NCBI GenBank assembly: GCA_028826165.1
Contig: JAPDFW010000055.1
Coordinates: 496,001 to 560,000 of the forward strand
Direction: 5' to 3'
Source of the DNA: Anaeramoeba ignava BMAN
Lineage: Eukaryota > Protista > Anaeramoebae
Length of the DNA: 64,000 nucleotides
Part shown: one piece after another, positions 54,812 to 64,000 of the stretch
Layout of the letters: each line of letters opens with the position of its first letter
Position numbering within the stretch: position 1 is the stretch's first letter
The notes under the pieces: generated by a model
What the model was told of the DNA's origin: nothing
Seen by the model: the letters and a program-made list of their open reading frames with translations, nothing else
Databases searched by the model: none
Position numbers and translations under genes: made by a program

Positions 54812-56692
54812 TTAATTTTGATTATTAAATTTGTTAATTAATAAATCAAATAAATTTGGATTTGTTTGATTTAATTGAAAATAATCAATTCCAATTTGAA
54901 TTTCATCAATTATTTCTTTTGTAATTTGAATTCCATCTTTAACTTGATTTGAATAAATCCAATATTCAAATAATTGAAATGATTTATTACTTAATTCACT
55001 ATAATCTGTAACTTTATTAGATTTATCTTCAGTTACATATAAAAACATTCCTCGATATAATTCACTTCTCATTATTAATATTAATTTAGGAAATTTATAT
55101 TGTTTTTCTTTTCTTTCAATAATAAAATCTTTTTCATTTTCATTTTCATTTAAATAAATTCTTTTCATTGTTTCTTCAATTTTTTCATTAGAATTTATAA
55201 TTTCTTTAATTTCAGAATATAATATTGGATTTATTTTGGGATTATTTGAATAAATCATTTCAAATATTTGATTTGATTCTTTAATTGATTTATTTGAAAT
55301 AATTTCTTGAAGTTTTTCATTTTGATTTTGATTTAATCTATATTTCAATATTAATTTATGAGCTTCAATTATTTCTCCATTTTCGGTTTTAAATGAAATA
55401 TTGCAAAATTCTTTTCTTCTAAATAATTTTATCAAATCTTCTTCAAGATTGGAAAAAGATGGAGGAGAATAATAAAGAAATGATCTATTATATCCACAAT
55501 AAATATGATAATTAGAAATATCTTCATTAAATCTTAATTTAGGAAGTTTAATTTGAATTGGAATTGTTTGACTATTTGTATCTCCAGTTCCTAATTGATA
55601 TAAATTATTTAAACCAAATCCTATTAGTTTCCCTTTAGAAGTTAAAATCAAAGTATAATAATATCCAACAGAAATATCAAGAATAATATCATCATTTTCA
55701 AATAAAGATGATTTAATTTCAGTAAATTCATAAATATCATTATCTTTTCCAAGTCCATTATATAGATAATTTCCACATGAATAAAGTTTTCTTTTTAGAT
55801 TTTCATTTTGATTTTCATTTTCAATCAGCATTATTGAATAGTCACTTCCACATTGAATATCAATTATTTCGCCTTTTGGAATATTTTGTATTTTGGTTAA
55901 TTTTCTGATTTGTTTTTTCCGAAATCCTAATCCAAGAGAACTGTGGTTGTTTTTTCCGCATCCAAATAATTCTTGATTTGAATTTAAAAGGAAAACATGT
56001 TCAGAAGAAGCTCCTGAAAATATTTTAGAAACATTTTTCATCATTAAAATTGGTTTTTCTGTTTTTCTTATTTTTCTGTTTATATTTTTGTGTTTTTTAA
56101 TAATTATTTTAGAACTAAGACTAAGTTGGCCAAATTTATTTGAACCAATTCCGTAAACATTTTGATTTGAAGTTAATAAATAAATTGATTGATATCCGTA
56201 AACAATATCTTTAATTATTATATCATTTGTATCTTCAATTAATGATGAAATATTGATAAATTCTTTTGGATTTTTTGGATTAATATCTTTTCCTTTGGCA
56301 AATACATTTCCTTCTATTGTTAAAACAGCTTCATTTTGATAACCAACAGTTACTTTTTGAATATTTTCTTCAATTTGGATTTTTTGAGGATTTTGATTTG
56401 AATCATTTTCATTTAAATATTCTATTGCTTTTCCATTTTCGAAAAGGAAAATTGTTGATAAATAACCTGTTGAAATTTGTTTAATTTGTTTTTCATTTTC
56501 ATTTTCATTTTCATTTTCATTTTTATTTTCATTTTCATTTTCATTTTCATTTTCATTTTCATTTTCATTTTCATTTTCATTTTCATTTTCATTTTCAAAT
56601 TTAAATTGAATTGGTTTTATTATTGTTGTTTCTGTTTCATTTTTGATAAGAGTTGGATATTGATTTGAACCAAAAAATAAAATTTCATTCAT
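54812..56692 (-). CDS. RCC1-repeat + BTB-BTB protein, copy 5
   Basis: Intact 626-aa ORF. Confidence 0.9.
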   Translation of the reverse strand: MNEILFFGSNQYPTLIKNETETTIIKPIQFKFENENENENENENENENENENENENKNENENENENEKQIKQISTGYLSTIFLFENGKAIEYLNENDSNQNPQKIQIEENIQKVTVGYQNEAVLTIEGNVFAKGKDINPKNPKEFINISSLIEDTNDIIIKDIVYGYQSIYLLTSNQNVYGIGSNKFGQLSLSSKIIIKKHKNINRKIRKTEKPILMMKNVSKIFSGASSEHVFLLNSNQELFGCGKNNHSSLGLGFRKKQIRKLTKIQNIPKGEIIDIQCGSDYSIMLIENENQNENLKRKLYSCGNYLYNGLGKDNDIYEFTEIKSSLFENDDIILDISVGYYYTLILTSKGKLIGFGLNNLYQLGTGDTNSQTIPIQIKLPKLRFNEDISNYHIYCGYNRSFLYYSPPSFSNLEEDLIKLFRRKEFCNISFKTENGEIIEAHKLILKYRLNQNQNEKLQEIISNKSIKESNQIFEMIYSNNPKINPILYSEIKEIINSNEKIEETMKRIYLNENENEKDFIIERKEKQYKFPKLILIMRSELYRGMFLYVTEDKSNKVTDYSELSNKSFQLFEYWIYSNQVKDGIQITKEIIDEIQIGIDYFQLNQTNPNLFDLLINKFNNQN

Positions 56693-56752
56693 TTTTTGAA
56701 AAGAAAAAAAAGAAAAAAATGAAAAATGAAAAAATGAATTTTAATTTGAATT

Positions 56753-58579
56753 TTAATTTTGATTATTAAATTTGTTAATTAATAAATCAAATAAATTTGG
56801 ATTTGTTTGATTTAATTGAAAATAATCAATTCCAATTTGAATTTCATCAATTATTTCTTGTGTAATTTGAATTCCATCTTTAACTTGATTTGAATAAATC
56901 CAATATTCAAATAATTGAAATGATTTATTACTTAATTCACTATAATCTGTAACTTTATTAGATTTATCTTCAGTTACATATAAAAACATTCCTCGATATA
57001 ATTCACTTCTCATTATTAATATCAATTTAGGAAATTTGTATTGTTTTTCTTTTCTTTCAATTATAAAATCTTTTTCATTTTCATTTAAATAAATTCTTTT
57101 CATTGTTTCTTCAATTTTTTCATTTGAATTTATAATTTCTTTAATTTCTGAATATAATTTTGGATTTATAATTCTGTTTGAATAAATCATTTCAAATATT
57201 TGATTTGATTCTTTAATTGATTTATTTGAAATAATTTCTTGAAGTTTTTCATTTTCATTTTCATTTTGATTTAATCTATATTTCAATATTAATTTATGAG
57301 CTTCAATTATTTCTCCATTTTCTGTTTTAAATGAAATATTACAAAATTCTTTTCTTCTAAATAGTTTTATCAAATCTTCTTCAAGATTGGAAAAAGATGG
57401 AGGAGAATAATAAAGAAATGATCTATCATATCCACAAGAAATATGATAATTAGAAATATTTTCATTAAATCTTAATTTAGGAAGTTTAATTTGAATTGGA
57501 ATTGTTTGAGTATTTGTATATCCAGTTCCTAATTGATATAAATTATTTAAACCAAATCCAAAAAGTTTCCCTTTAGAAGTTAAAATCAAAGTATGATAGT
57601 ATCCACAGGAAATATCAATAATATTATCATCATTTTCAAATAAAGATGATTTGATTTCAGTAAATTCATAAGTATTTTGATTTTTGTCAAGTCCATTATA
57701 GATATAATTTCCACATGAATAAAGTTTTCTTTTTAGATTTTCGTTTTGGTTTTCATTTTCATTTTCATTTTCAATCAACATTATTGAATAGGAATCTCCA
57801 CATTGAATATCAATTATTTCGCCTTTTGGAATATTTTGGATTTTGGTTAATTTTCTGATTTTTTTTTTCCGAAATCCTAATCCAAGAGAACCGTGGTTGT
57901 TTCTTCCGCATCCAAATAATTCTTGATTTGAATTTAAAAGGAAAACATGTTCAGAAGAAGCTCCTGAAAATACTTTAGAAACATTTTTCATTATTAAAAT
58001 TGGTTTTTGTGTTTTTCTTATTTTTCTGTTTAGATTTTTGTGTTTTTTAATAATTATTTTAGAACTAAGACTAAGTTGACCAAATTTATTTGAACCAATT
58101 CCGTAAACATTTTGATTTGAAGTTAATAAGTAAATTGATTGATATCCGTAAACAATATCTTTAATTATTATATCATTTGTATCTTCAATTAATGATGAAA
58201 TATTGATAAATTCTTTTGGATTTTTTGGATTAATATCTTTTCCTTTTGCAAATACATTTCCTTCTTTTGTTAAAATAGCTTCATTTTGATAACCAACAAA
58301 TACTTTTTGAATATTTTCTTCAATTTGAATTTTTTGAGGTTTTTGATTTGAATCTCTTTCATTTAAATATTCTATTGCTTTTCCATTTTCGAAAAGGAAA
58401 ATTGTTGAAAAATAACCTGTTGAAATTTGTTTAATTTGTTTTTCATTTTCATTTTCATTTTCATTTTCATTTTTATTTTCATTTTCAAATTTAAATTGAA
58501 TTGGTTTTATTATTTTATCTGATTTATTTGGCAAAATCTTTGGAGATTGATTTAAACCAAAAAATAAACAATCATTCAT
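56753..58579 (-). CDS. RCC1-repeat + BTB-BTB protein, copy 6
   Basis: Intact 608-aa ORF. Confidence 0.9.
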   Translation of the reverse strand: MNDCLFFGLNQSPKILPNKSDKIIKPIQFKFENENKNENENENENEKQIKQISTGYFSTIFLFENGKAIEYLNERDSNQKPQKIQIEENIQKVFVGYQNEAILTKEGNVFAKGKDINPKNPKEFINISSLIEDTNDIIIKDIVYGYQSIYLLTSNQNVYGIGSNKFGQLSLSSKIIIKKHKNLNRKIRKTQKPILIMKNVSKVFSGASSEHVFLLNSNQELFGCGRNNHGSLGLGFRKKKIRKLTKIQNIPKGEIIDIQCGDSYSIMLIENENENENQNENLKRKLYSCGNYIYNGLDKNQNTYEFTEIKSSLFENDDNIIDISCGYYHTLILTSKGKLFGFGLNNLYQLGTGYTNTQTIPIQIKLPKLRFNENISNYHISCGYDRSFLYYSPPSFSNLEEDLIKLFRRKEFCNISFKTENGEIIEAHKLILKYRLNQNENENEKLQEIISNKSIKESNQIFEMIYSNRIINPKLYSEIKEIINSNEKIEETMKRIYLNENEKDFIIERKEKQYKFPKLILIMRSELYRGMFLYVTEDKSNKVTDYSELSNKSFQLFEYWIYSNQVKDGIQITQEIIDEIQIGIDYFQLNQTNPNLFDLLINKFNNQN

Positions 58580-58655
58580 TTTTTGAAAAAGAAAAAAATG
58601 AAAAAAATGAAAAAAATGAAAAAATCATTTTTTTTCTTTTGTTTAAAAAATTAAA
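58580..58655. promoter_or_regulatory. Probable compact bidirectional promoter with T-rich TCA (initiator-like) motifs on both strands
   Basis: 76 bp between divergent ATGs; the same TTTTTCATTTTT motif precedes most start codons in the window. Confidence 0.5.
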
Positions 58656-60056
58656 ATGAAAAAAAATCCTTTTCAACATTTATTCAAAATTCCTTCACAA
58701 GAAGAAGTTTTAAAATTAAGAGAAGAAAAAATTGATAAAAATAAAGAATTCCTTAATTTTTTACAAAAAAAACAAAAACAAAACCAAAATAGAAATCAAA
58801 ATATAAATATAAATCAAAATCAAAATATAAATCAAAATCAAAATCAAAATCTAAATCAAAATCAAAATATAAATATAAATCAAAATCTAAATATAAATCA
58901 AAATCAAAATATAAATATAAATCAAAATCTAAATATAAATCAAAATCAAAATATAAATCAAAATCAAAATCAAAATCTAAATCAAAATCAAAATATAAAT
59001 ATAAATCAAAATCTAAATATAAATCAAAATCAAAATATAAATCAAAATCAAAATCAAAATCAAAATCAAAATATAAATCAAAATATAAATCAAAATCAAA
59101 ATATAAAACAAAAACAAAATCAAAATCAAATTCAAAATCAAAATCAAAATCAAAATATAAATCAAAATCAAAATCAAAATCAAAATCAAAATCAAAATCA
59201 AAATATAAATCAAAATCTAAATATAAATCAAAATATAAATCAAAATCAAAATCAAAATATAAATCTAAATCAAAATCAAAACCAAAATAATCAATTCAAA
59301 AACCTCTTTCAAATCTCTTTTCAAAATCAAAATAAAATTCAAATTGAAAATCAAATACAAATACAAAATGATTTTATTATTGTAAGCGGAAGACAGAAAA
59401 AATTTAAAATATTACAGCTTTTAAAGCAAATAAAATGGAAATTTGGAAATATTATTCCTGATTATGTAATAAATGAAAATACTTGCATTTTAACAACAAG
59501 GTTGATTTAAAATTAATTAAAATCAAGAAAAAATAAAAACTAAAATTGAAATTATTTATTCTAAAAAAAAAAATTATTTGAATTTAGTTTGATCCAATTT
59601 AAACAAAATGAAAATTTCTTAATTCGAAGAATGAAATCAATCCAAAACGAAAATTATTCTATCAAAATTTTGATTTGTTTAATTGATTGTGAAGAAGACA
59701 ACCTTCAAGTCTCAATCCAAGAAAAAGCGTTCCAAAATGATTTCATTTTGATTTGTTCATGGAGTGATGAAGAAACTGCAAAATATATTCAAGAATTCAA
59801 ATTTTCTGAAAAAAAGGATTCTTCTTTCATTCAAGCAAATAAAAATTTGGATTTGGATTTGTGTTTAGTTGATTGTTTAACTTCAATTAAATCGGTTAAT
59901 AAAACAGATGCAAACACTTTACTTCTTAATTTCAAATCGTTGAAAAATTTAATTTTGAATATTGATTCATCTCAATTAGAAAAATGTTTTGGTTTGGGAA
60001 AAACAAAAATTAAGTTAATCAAACAAACTTTCCAAGAAAATTTCAATCAAAATTAA
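58656..60056 (+). CDS. ERCC1: ERCC1/Rad10 with N/Q-rich N-terminal expansion, one intron (~59501-59587)
   Basis: IIVSGRQ..W.FGNIIPDYV; CSWSDEETAKYI; CLTSIKSVNKTDA.TLL.NFKSL; CFGLGKTK (HhH). Confidence 0.85.
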
Positions 60057-60119
60057 TTCATTTGCAAAAATCAATTTGAAAAAATGAAAAAATAAAAAAA
60101 ATGATTTATGAAATTTTAA

Positions 60120-62090
60120 TTAATTTTTATCTTCTTTTTTGGAAACTTCTTCAAATAAAAACAAATCAATAATTGAATTTTGATTTAATTGATAATAATC
60201 TTTCGCATCTTCCAATTCTTCGATAATTTTTTTGTTCATTTTGCTTTTATCAAATTTATCATTATAAAAGAAATAAATTAATTGTTGAATTGTTTCAAAC
60301 GATTTCTTTGAATAGTCATGAACTTGATTTGATTTGTCTTCAATATTTAATAGAAACATTCCTTTGAATAATCCACTTCTTATTATTAATACTAATTTAT
60401 GAACTTTGATTTCTTTTTCCTCAACAATGATTGTAAAATCTTTTGTTGATTCATCCTGATATAATTTTTGGAAATCGTTTAGAATTCCTTTTCTTCCTAA
60501 TTTTGATTCAATCCAATTTGAATCTAATCCAATTTCTTTGAAAAAATTTTCGATTATTTCTTTTTGATCATTGCTTTTTTGAATCTGTTCTTTCTGAAGT
60601 GGTTTACTATCTTTGATGATATCATCGTAACTGAAAAATGTTTTGGGGATTTTGAAATTTTTTATAGAGACTTCTCTTATTTTAATTCCTTTTTGTAAAT
60701 TTTCAGCAAAATCATCCAAATCAAAAAATCCACAATAAAGGAAATTCAGGACAATTCGAACAGTTTCTTTTGGTTTTTGAGAACACAAATTGATAAATTT
60801 TTGGAATAATGTTTGGTTTTGATCAAATTTCATCAATAAAAGATCTTTATGAACTTGAAACTTGAAAGAATCAATTGATTGAATTTCCAAATCAGAAAAA
60901 TTATCATTTGATTTTAAAAAAATGTTTAAGTCTTGATTCAGTGAGTGAATTTGTGTAAAAGCATCAAAGCACGCTTGTGAAATGCTTGTTTCTAAAATAT
61001 CGTAAGCATTGGCATTATTCATGAGCAAAATTTCAACCAATTTTTTGTGATTTTTTTGGATTGCCAAATATAAAGGTGTTTGATTGTTTACATTTCTGGT
61101 GTTGATTAGAGCTCCTTTTTCAATTAGATATTCAACAATCTGAGGCGATTCTTTTGTTGGGAAATGGCAACAAACTTCCAAAGGAGTGGATTGATAAGAT
61201 TCATTTCTCGCATTAACTTCTGCTCCATTTTCAATAAGAATTTTGACTAATTCAAATTTTTTGTTTTCAGTAGAATTAATTATTGAATGTAAAGGTGTAT
61301 CTTCTGCCATTGTAGTTCCTAAATTAATATCTGCTCCATTTTCAAGAAGAAATTTTACAATCTTGACTTGATCTGGATTCTTCCTTCTAAAATCTAAAAA
61401 AGCATGTAACACTGTTTGACCCAAATGATTTTTTGCATTTATATCTGCTCCTTTTTCAATCAAATACTTCATCATTTCAAACAAATTTTTGTGTTTCTTG
61501 TCAAAAATAATATTTAATGGTGTATCTCCTATATGATTTTGAAGGTTAATATCCGCTCCATTTTCAACAAGAAACTTGAGAATTGGAAATCCTTTTTTTT
61601 TTTGAAATTGACAAACTAAATGTAACGGCGATATTTTATCATTTATTAAATCATTAACATTTGCTCCATTCTTAACAAGATATTTGACAATTTCCAGTGC
61701 ATTTTGTTTTTGAAATTGACAAACTAAATGTAAAGGTGTTTGATTTTGATTATTTTTGGCATTAACATCTGCTTTTTTTTTAATTAAATATTTGATAATT
61801 TCCAGTGCATTTTGTTTTTGAAATTGACAAACTAAATGTAAAGGTGTTTGATTTGTTTTTGTTTTAGAGTTGACATTAGCATTGTTTTCAACAAGATATT
61901 TGATAATTTCAAATGAATTTTCCTCTGTTTGAAATTGACAAATTATATGTAAAGGTGATTGTAAAAATCTTGAATTTTGATAATTAATATCTACTTTGAG
62001 TCCAATAAAAAATTTGATCTTTTTAAGAAGCTTTTCTTGATTTTTTTCTCTACAAATTGATAAAAATTTCTTTTCTTGTTCTTTTTGCAT
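60120..62090 (-). CDS. Ankyrin-repeat + BTB-BTB protein
   Basis: About nine TPLH-type/GADIN repeats; FSDLEI..FQVHK; KDFTII..IKVHKLVLIIRSGLFKGMF. Confidence 0.9.
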   Translation of the reverse strand: MQKEQEKKFLSICREKNQEKLLKKIKFFIGLKVDINYQNSRFLQSPLHIICQFQTEENSFEIIKYLVENNANVNSKTKTNQTPLHLVCQFQKQNALEIIKYLIKKKADVNAKNNQNQTPLHLVCQFQKQNALEIVKYLVKNGANVNDLINDKISPLHLVCQFQKKKGFPILKFLVENGADINLQNHIGDTPLNIIFDKKHKNLFEMMKYLIEKGADINAKNHLGQTVLHAFLDFRRKNPDQVKIVKFLLENGADINLGTTMAEDTPLHSIINSTENKKFELVKILIENGAEVNARNESYQSTPLEVCCHFPTKESPQIVEYLIEKGALINTRNVNNQTPLYLAIQKNHKKLVEILLMNNANAYDILETSISQACFDAFTQIHSLNQDLNIFLKSNDNFSDLEIQSIDSFKFQVHKDLLLMKFDQNQTLFQKFINLCSQKPKETVRIVLNFLYCGFFDLDDFAENLQKGIKIREVSIKNFKIPKTFFSYDDIIKDSKPLQKEQIQKSNDQKEIIENFFKEIGLDSNWIESKLGRKGILNDFQKLYQDESTKDFTIIVEEKEIKVHKLVLIIRSGLFKGMFLLNIEDKSNQVHDYSKKSFETIQQLIYFFYNDKFDKSKMNKKIIEELEDAKDYYQLNQNSIIDLFLFEEVSKKEDKN

Positions 62091-62295
62091 TTTTATGAAA
62101 AAGAAAAAATGAAAAATGAAAAATGAAAAATGATTTTTGAAATTTTGATTTTAATTTTGATTTTAATTTTAATTTTAATTTTAATTTTAATTTTAATTTT
62201 GATTTTGAATTTGATTTTAAATTTAATTTTGATTTTAATTTTGATTTTAATTTTTAATTTTAATTTTAATTTTGATTTAATTTTGATTTTGATTT

Positions 62296-64000
62296 TCAAT
62301 TTGATTTTGATTTTGATTTTGATTTTGATTTTGATTTTGATTTTGATTTTAAATTTAAATTTAATTTTAATTTTGATTTATATTTTAATTTTGATTTATA
62401 TTTTGATTTTGATTTATATTTTGGTTTTGGTTTTGAATTTTGATTTTGATTTTGATTTTGATTTTGATTTTGATTTTGATTATTAAATTTGTTAATTAAT
62501 AAATCAAATAAATTTGGATTTGTTTGATTTAATTGAAAATAATCAATTCCAATTTTAATTTCATCAATTATTTCTTGTGTAATTTTAATTTCATCTTTAA
62601 TTTGATTTGAATAAATCCAATATTCAAATAATTGAAATGATTTATTACTTAATTCACTATAATCTGTAACTTTATTAGAAGTATCATTTGTTACAGATAA
62701 AAACATTCCTCGATATAATTCACTTCTCATTATTAATATTAATTTAGGAAATTTATATTGTTTTTCATTTCTTTCAATAATAAAATCTTTTTCATTTTCA
62801 TTTTCATTTTCATTTTCATTTTCATTTAAATAAACTCTTTTCATTGTTTCTTCAATTTTTTCATTTGAATTTATGATTTCTTTAATTTCAGAATATAATT
62901 TTGGATTTATAATTCTGTTTGAATAAATCATTTCAAATATTTGATTTGATTCTTTAATTGATTTATTTGAAATAATTTCTTTAAGTTTTTCAATTTCATT
63001 TTGATTTTGATTTAATCTATATTTCAATATTAATTTATGAGCTTTGATTATTTCTCCATTTTTAGTTTTAAATGAAATATCACAAAATTCTTTTCTTCTA
63101 AATAGTTTTATCAAATCTTCTTCAAGATTGGAAAAAGAAAAAGGAGAATAATAAAGAAATGATTTTTGATTACCACAAGAAATATGATAACTGGAAATAT
63201 TTTCATTAAATCTTAATTTAGGAAGTTCAATTTGAATTGGAATTGATTGATCATTTGTATCTCCAGTTCCTAATTGACCAAACAAATTATCTCCAAATCC
63301 AATCAATTTTGAATTAGAAGTTAAAATCAAAGTATGATAATATCCAACAGAAAAATCAAGAATATTATCATCATTTTCAAATAAAGATGATTTGATTTCA
63401 GTAAATTCATAAGTATCCTCATTTTTGCCAAGTCCATTGTTTAGATAATCTCCACATGAATAAAGTTTTCTTTTTGGATTTTCATTTTCATTTTCATTTT
63501 CAATCAACATTATTGAATGATAATTTCCACATTTAATATCAATTATTTTACCTTTTGGAATATTTTGGATTTTGGTTAATTTTTGGATTGTTTTTCTTCT
63601 TGATTTTCCTAATCCAAGTTGGTTATATTGATTATTACCGCATCCAAATAATTCTTGATTCGAATTTAAAAGAAAAACATGATAAGATGAAATTCCTGAA
63701 AATATTTTAGAAACATTTTTCATCATTAAAATTGGTTTTTGTATTCTTTTCACTTTTTTAGTTGATTTCCAAACAACAATTTTTCTAAATTTATTTGAAC
63801 CAATTCGATAAGCATTTTGATTTGAAGTTAATAAGTAAATTGATTGAGCTCCAGAAACAATATCTTCAATTATTCTATCATTTGTATCTTCAATTAATGA
63901 TGAAATATTGATAAATTTATTTGGATTAATTGGACTAATATATTTTCCTTTGGCAAATACATTTCCTTCTTTTGTTAAAATAGCTTCATTTTGCCAACCA
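62296..64000 (-). CDS. RCC1-repeat + BTB-BTB protein, copy 7, 5' end beyond the window
   Basis: ORF 62296-63753; homology continues to the window edge. Confidence 0.88.
   Translation of the reverse strand, partial: GWQNEAILTKEGNVFAKGKYISPINPNKFINISSLIEDTNDRIIEDIVSGAQSIYLLTSNQNAYRIGSNKFRKIVVWKSTKKVKRIQKPILMMKNVSKIFSGISSYHVFLLNSNQELFGCGNNQYNQLGLGKSRRKTIQKLTKIQNIPKGKIIDIKCGNYHSIMLIENENENENPKRKLYSCGDYLNNGLGKNEDTYEFTEIKSSLFENDDNILDFSVGYYHTLILTSNSKLIGFGDNLFGQLGTGDTNDQSIPIQIELPKLRFNENISSYHISCGNQKSFLYYSPFSFSNLEEDLIKLFRRKEFCDISFKTKNGEIIKAHKLILKYRLNQNQNEIEKLKEIISNKSIKESNQIFEMIYSNRIINPKLYSEIKEIINSNEKIEETMKRVYLNENENENENENEKDFIIERNEKQYKFPKLILIMRSELYRGMFLSVTNDTSNKVTDYSELSNKSFQLFEYWIYSNQIKDEIKITQEIIDEIKIGIDYFQLNQTNPNLFDLLINKFNNQNQNQNQNQNQNQNSKPKPKYKSKSKYKSKLKYKSKLKLNLNLKSKSKSKSKSKSKSKSN

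Overview
This is extremely AT-rich eukaryotic (protist) genomic DNA with GT-AG introns, standard genetic code, very short divergent promoters and abundant microsatellites. The gene content (BTB/RCC1/TLDc expansions, N/E/Q-rich tracts) resembles anaerobic metamonads such as Anaeramoeba; this is inference. Left end (1-10.2 kb): a recombining tandem cluster in which an unnamed ~130-aa Cys/Trp-rich domain is fused behind ubiquitin-like (Ubl) domains, in variable architectures (Ubl-X, Ubl-X-RRM-RRM, RING-kinase-Ubl-X, RING-X), next to a CaaX-tailed Ubl. Middle: housekeeping genes (bacterial-type Tpx, Gemin2, type I PRMT, CH-RhoGEF-ArfGAP, SPCS3, APC10, TMX2-like, eIF4E), several with satellite-filled introns. 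31-39 kb: a ~2,600-aa protein with three kinase-fold domains, ankyrin/FN3/filamin repeats and two PARP-like ADP-ribosyltransferase domains, one degenerate and one with an intact H-Y-E triad. Right: a BTB-TLDc gene whose intron is a tandem array of complete intron-like units, a divergent actin, seven RCC1-BTB-BTB paralogs, ERCC1 and an ANK-BTB-BTB gene. Many single-base frameshifts sit in homopolymers and are probably sequencing errors. All domain calls come from motif recognition by eye; no database search was run.
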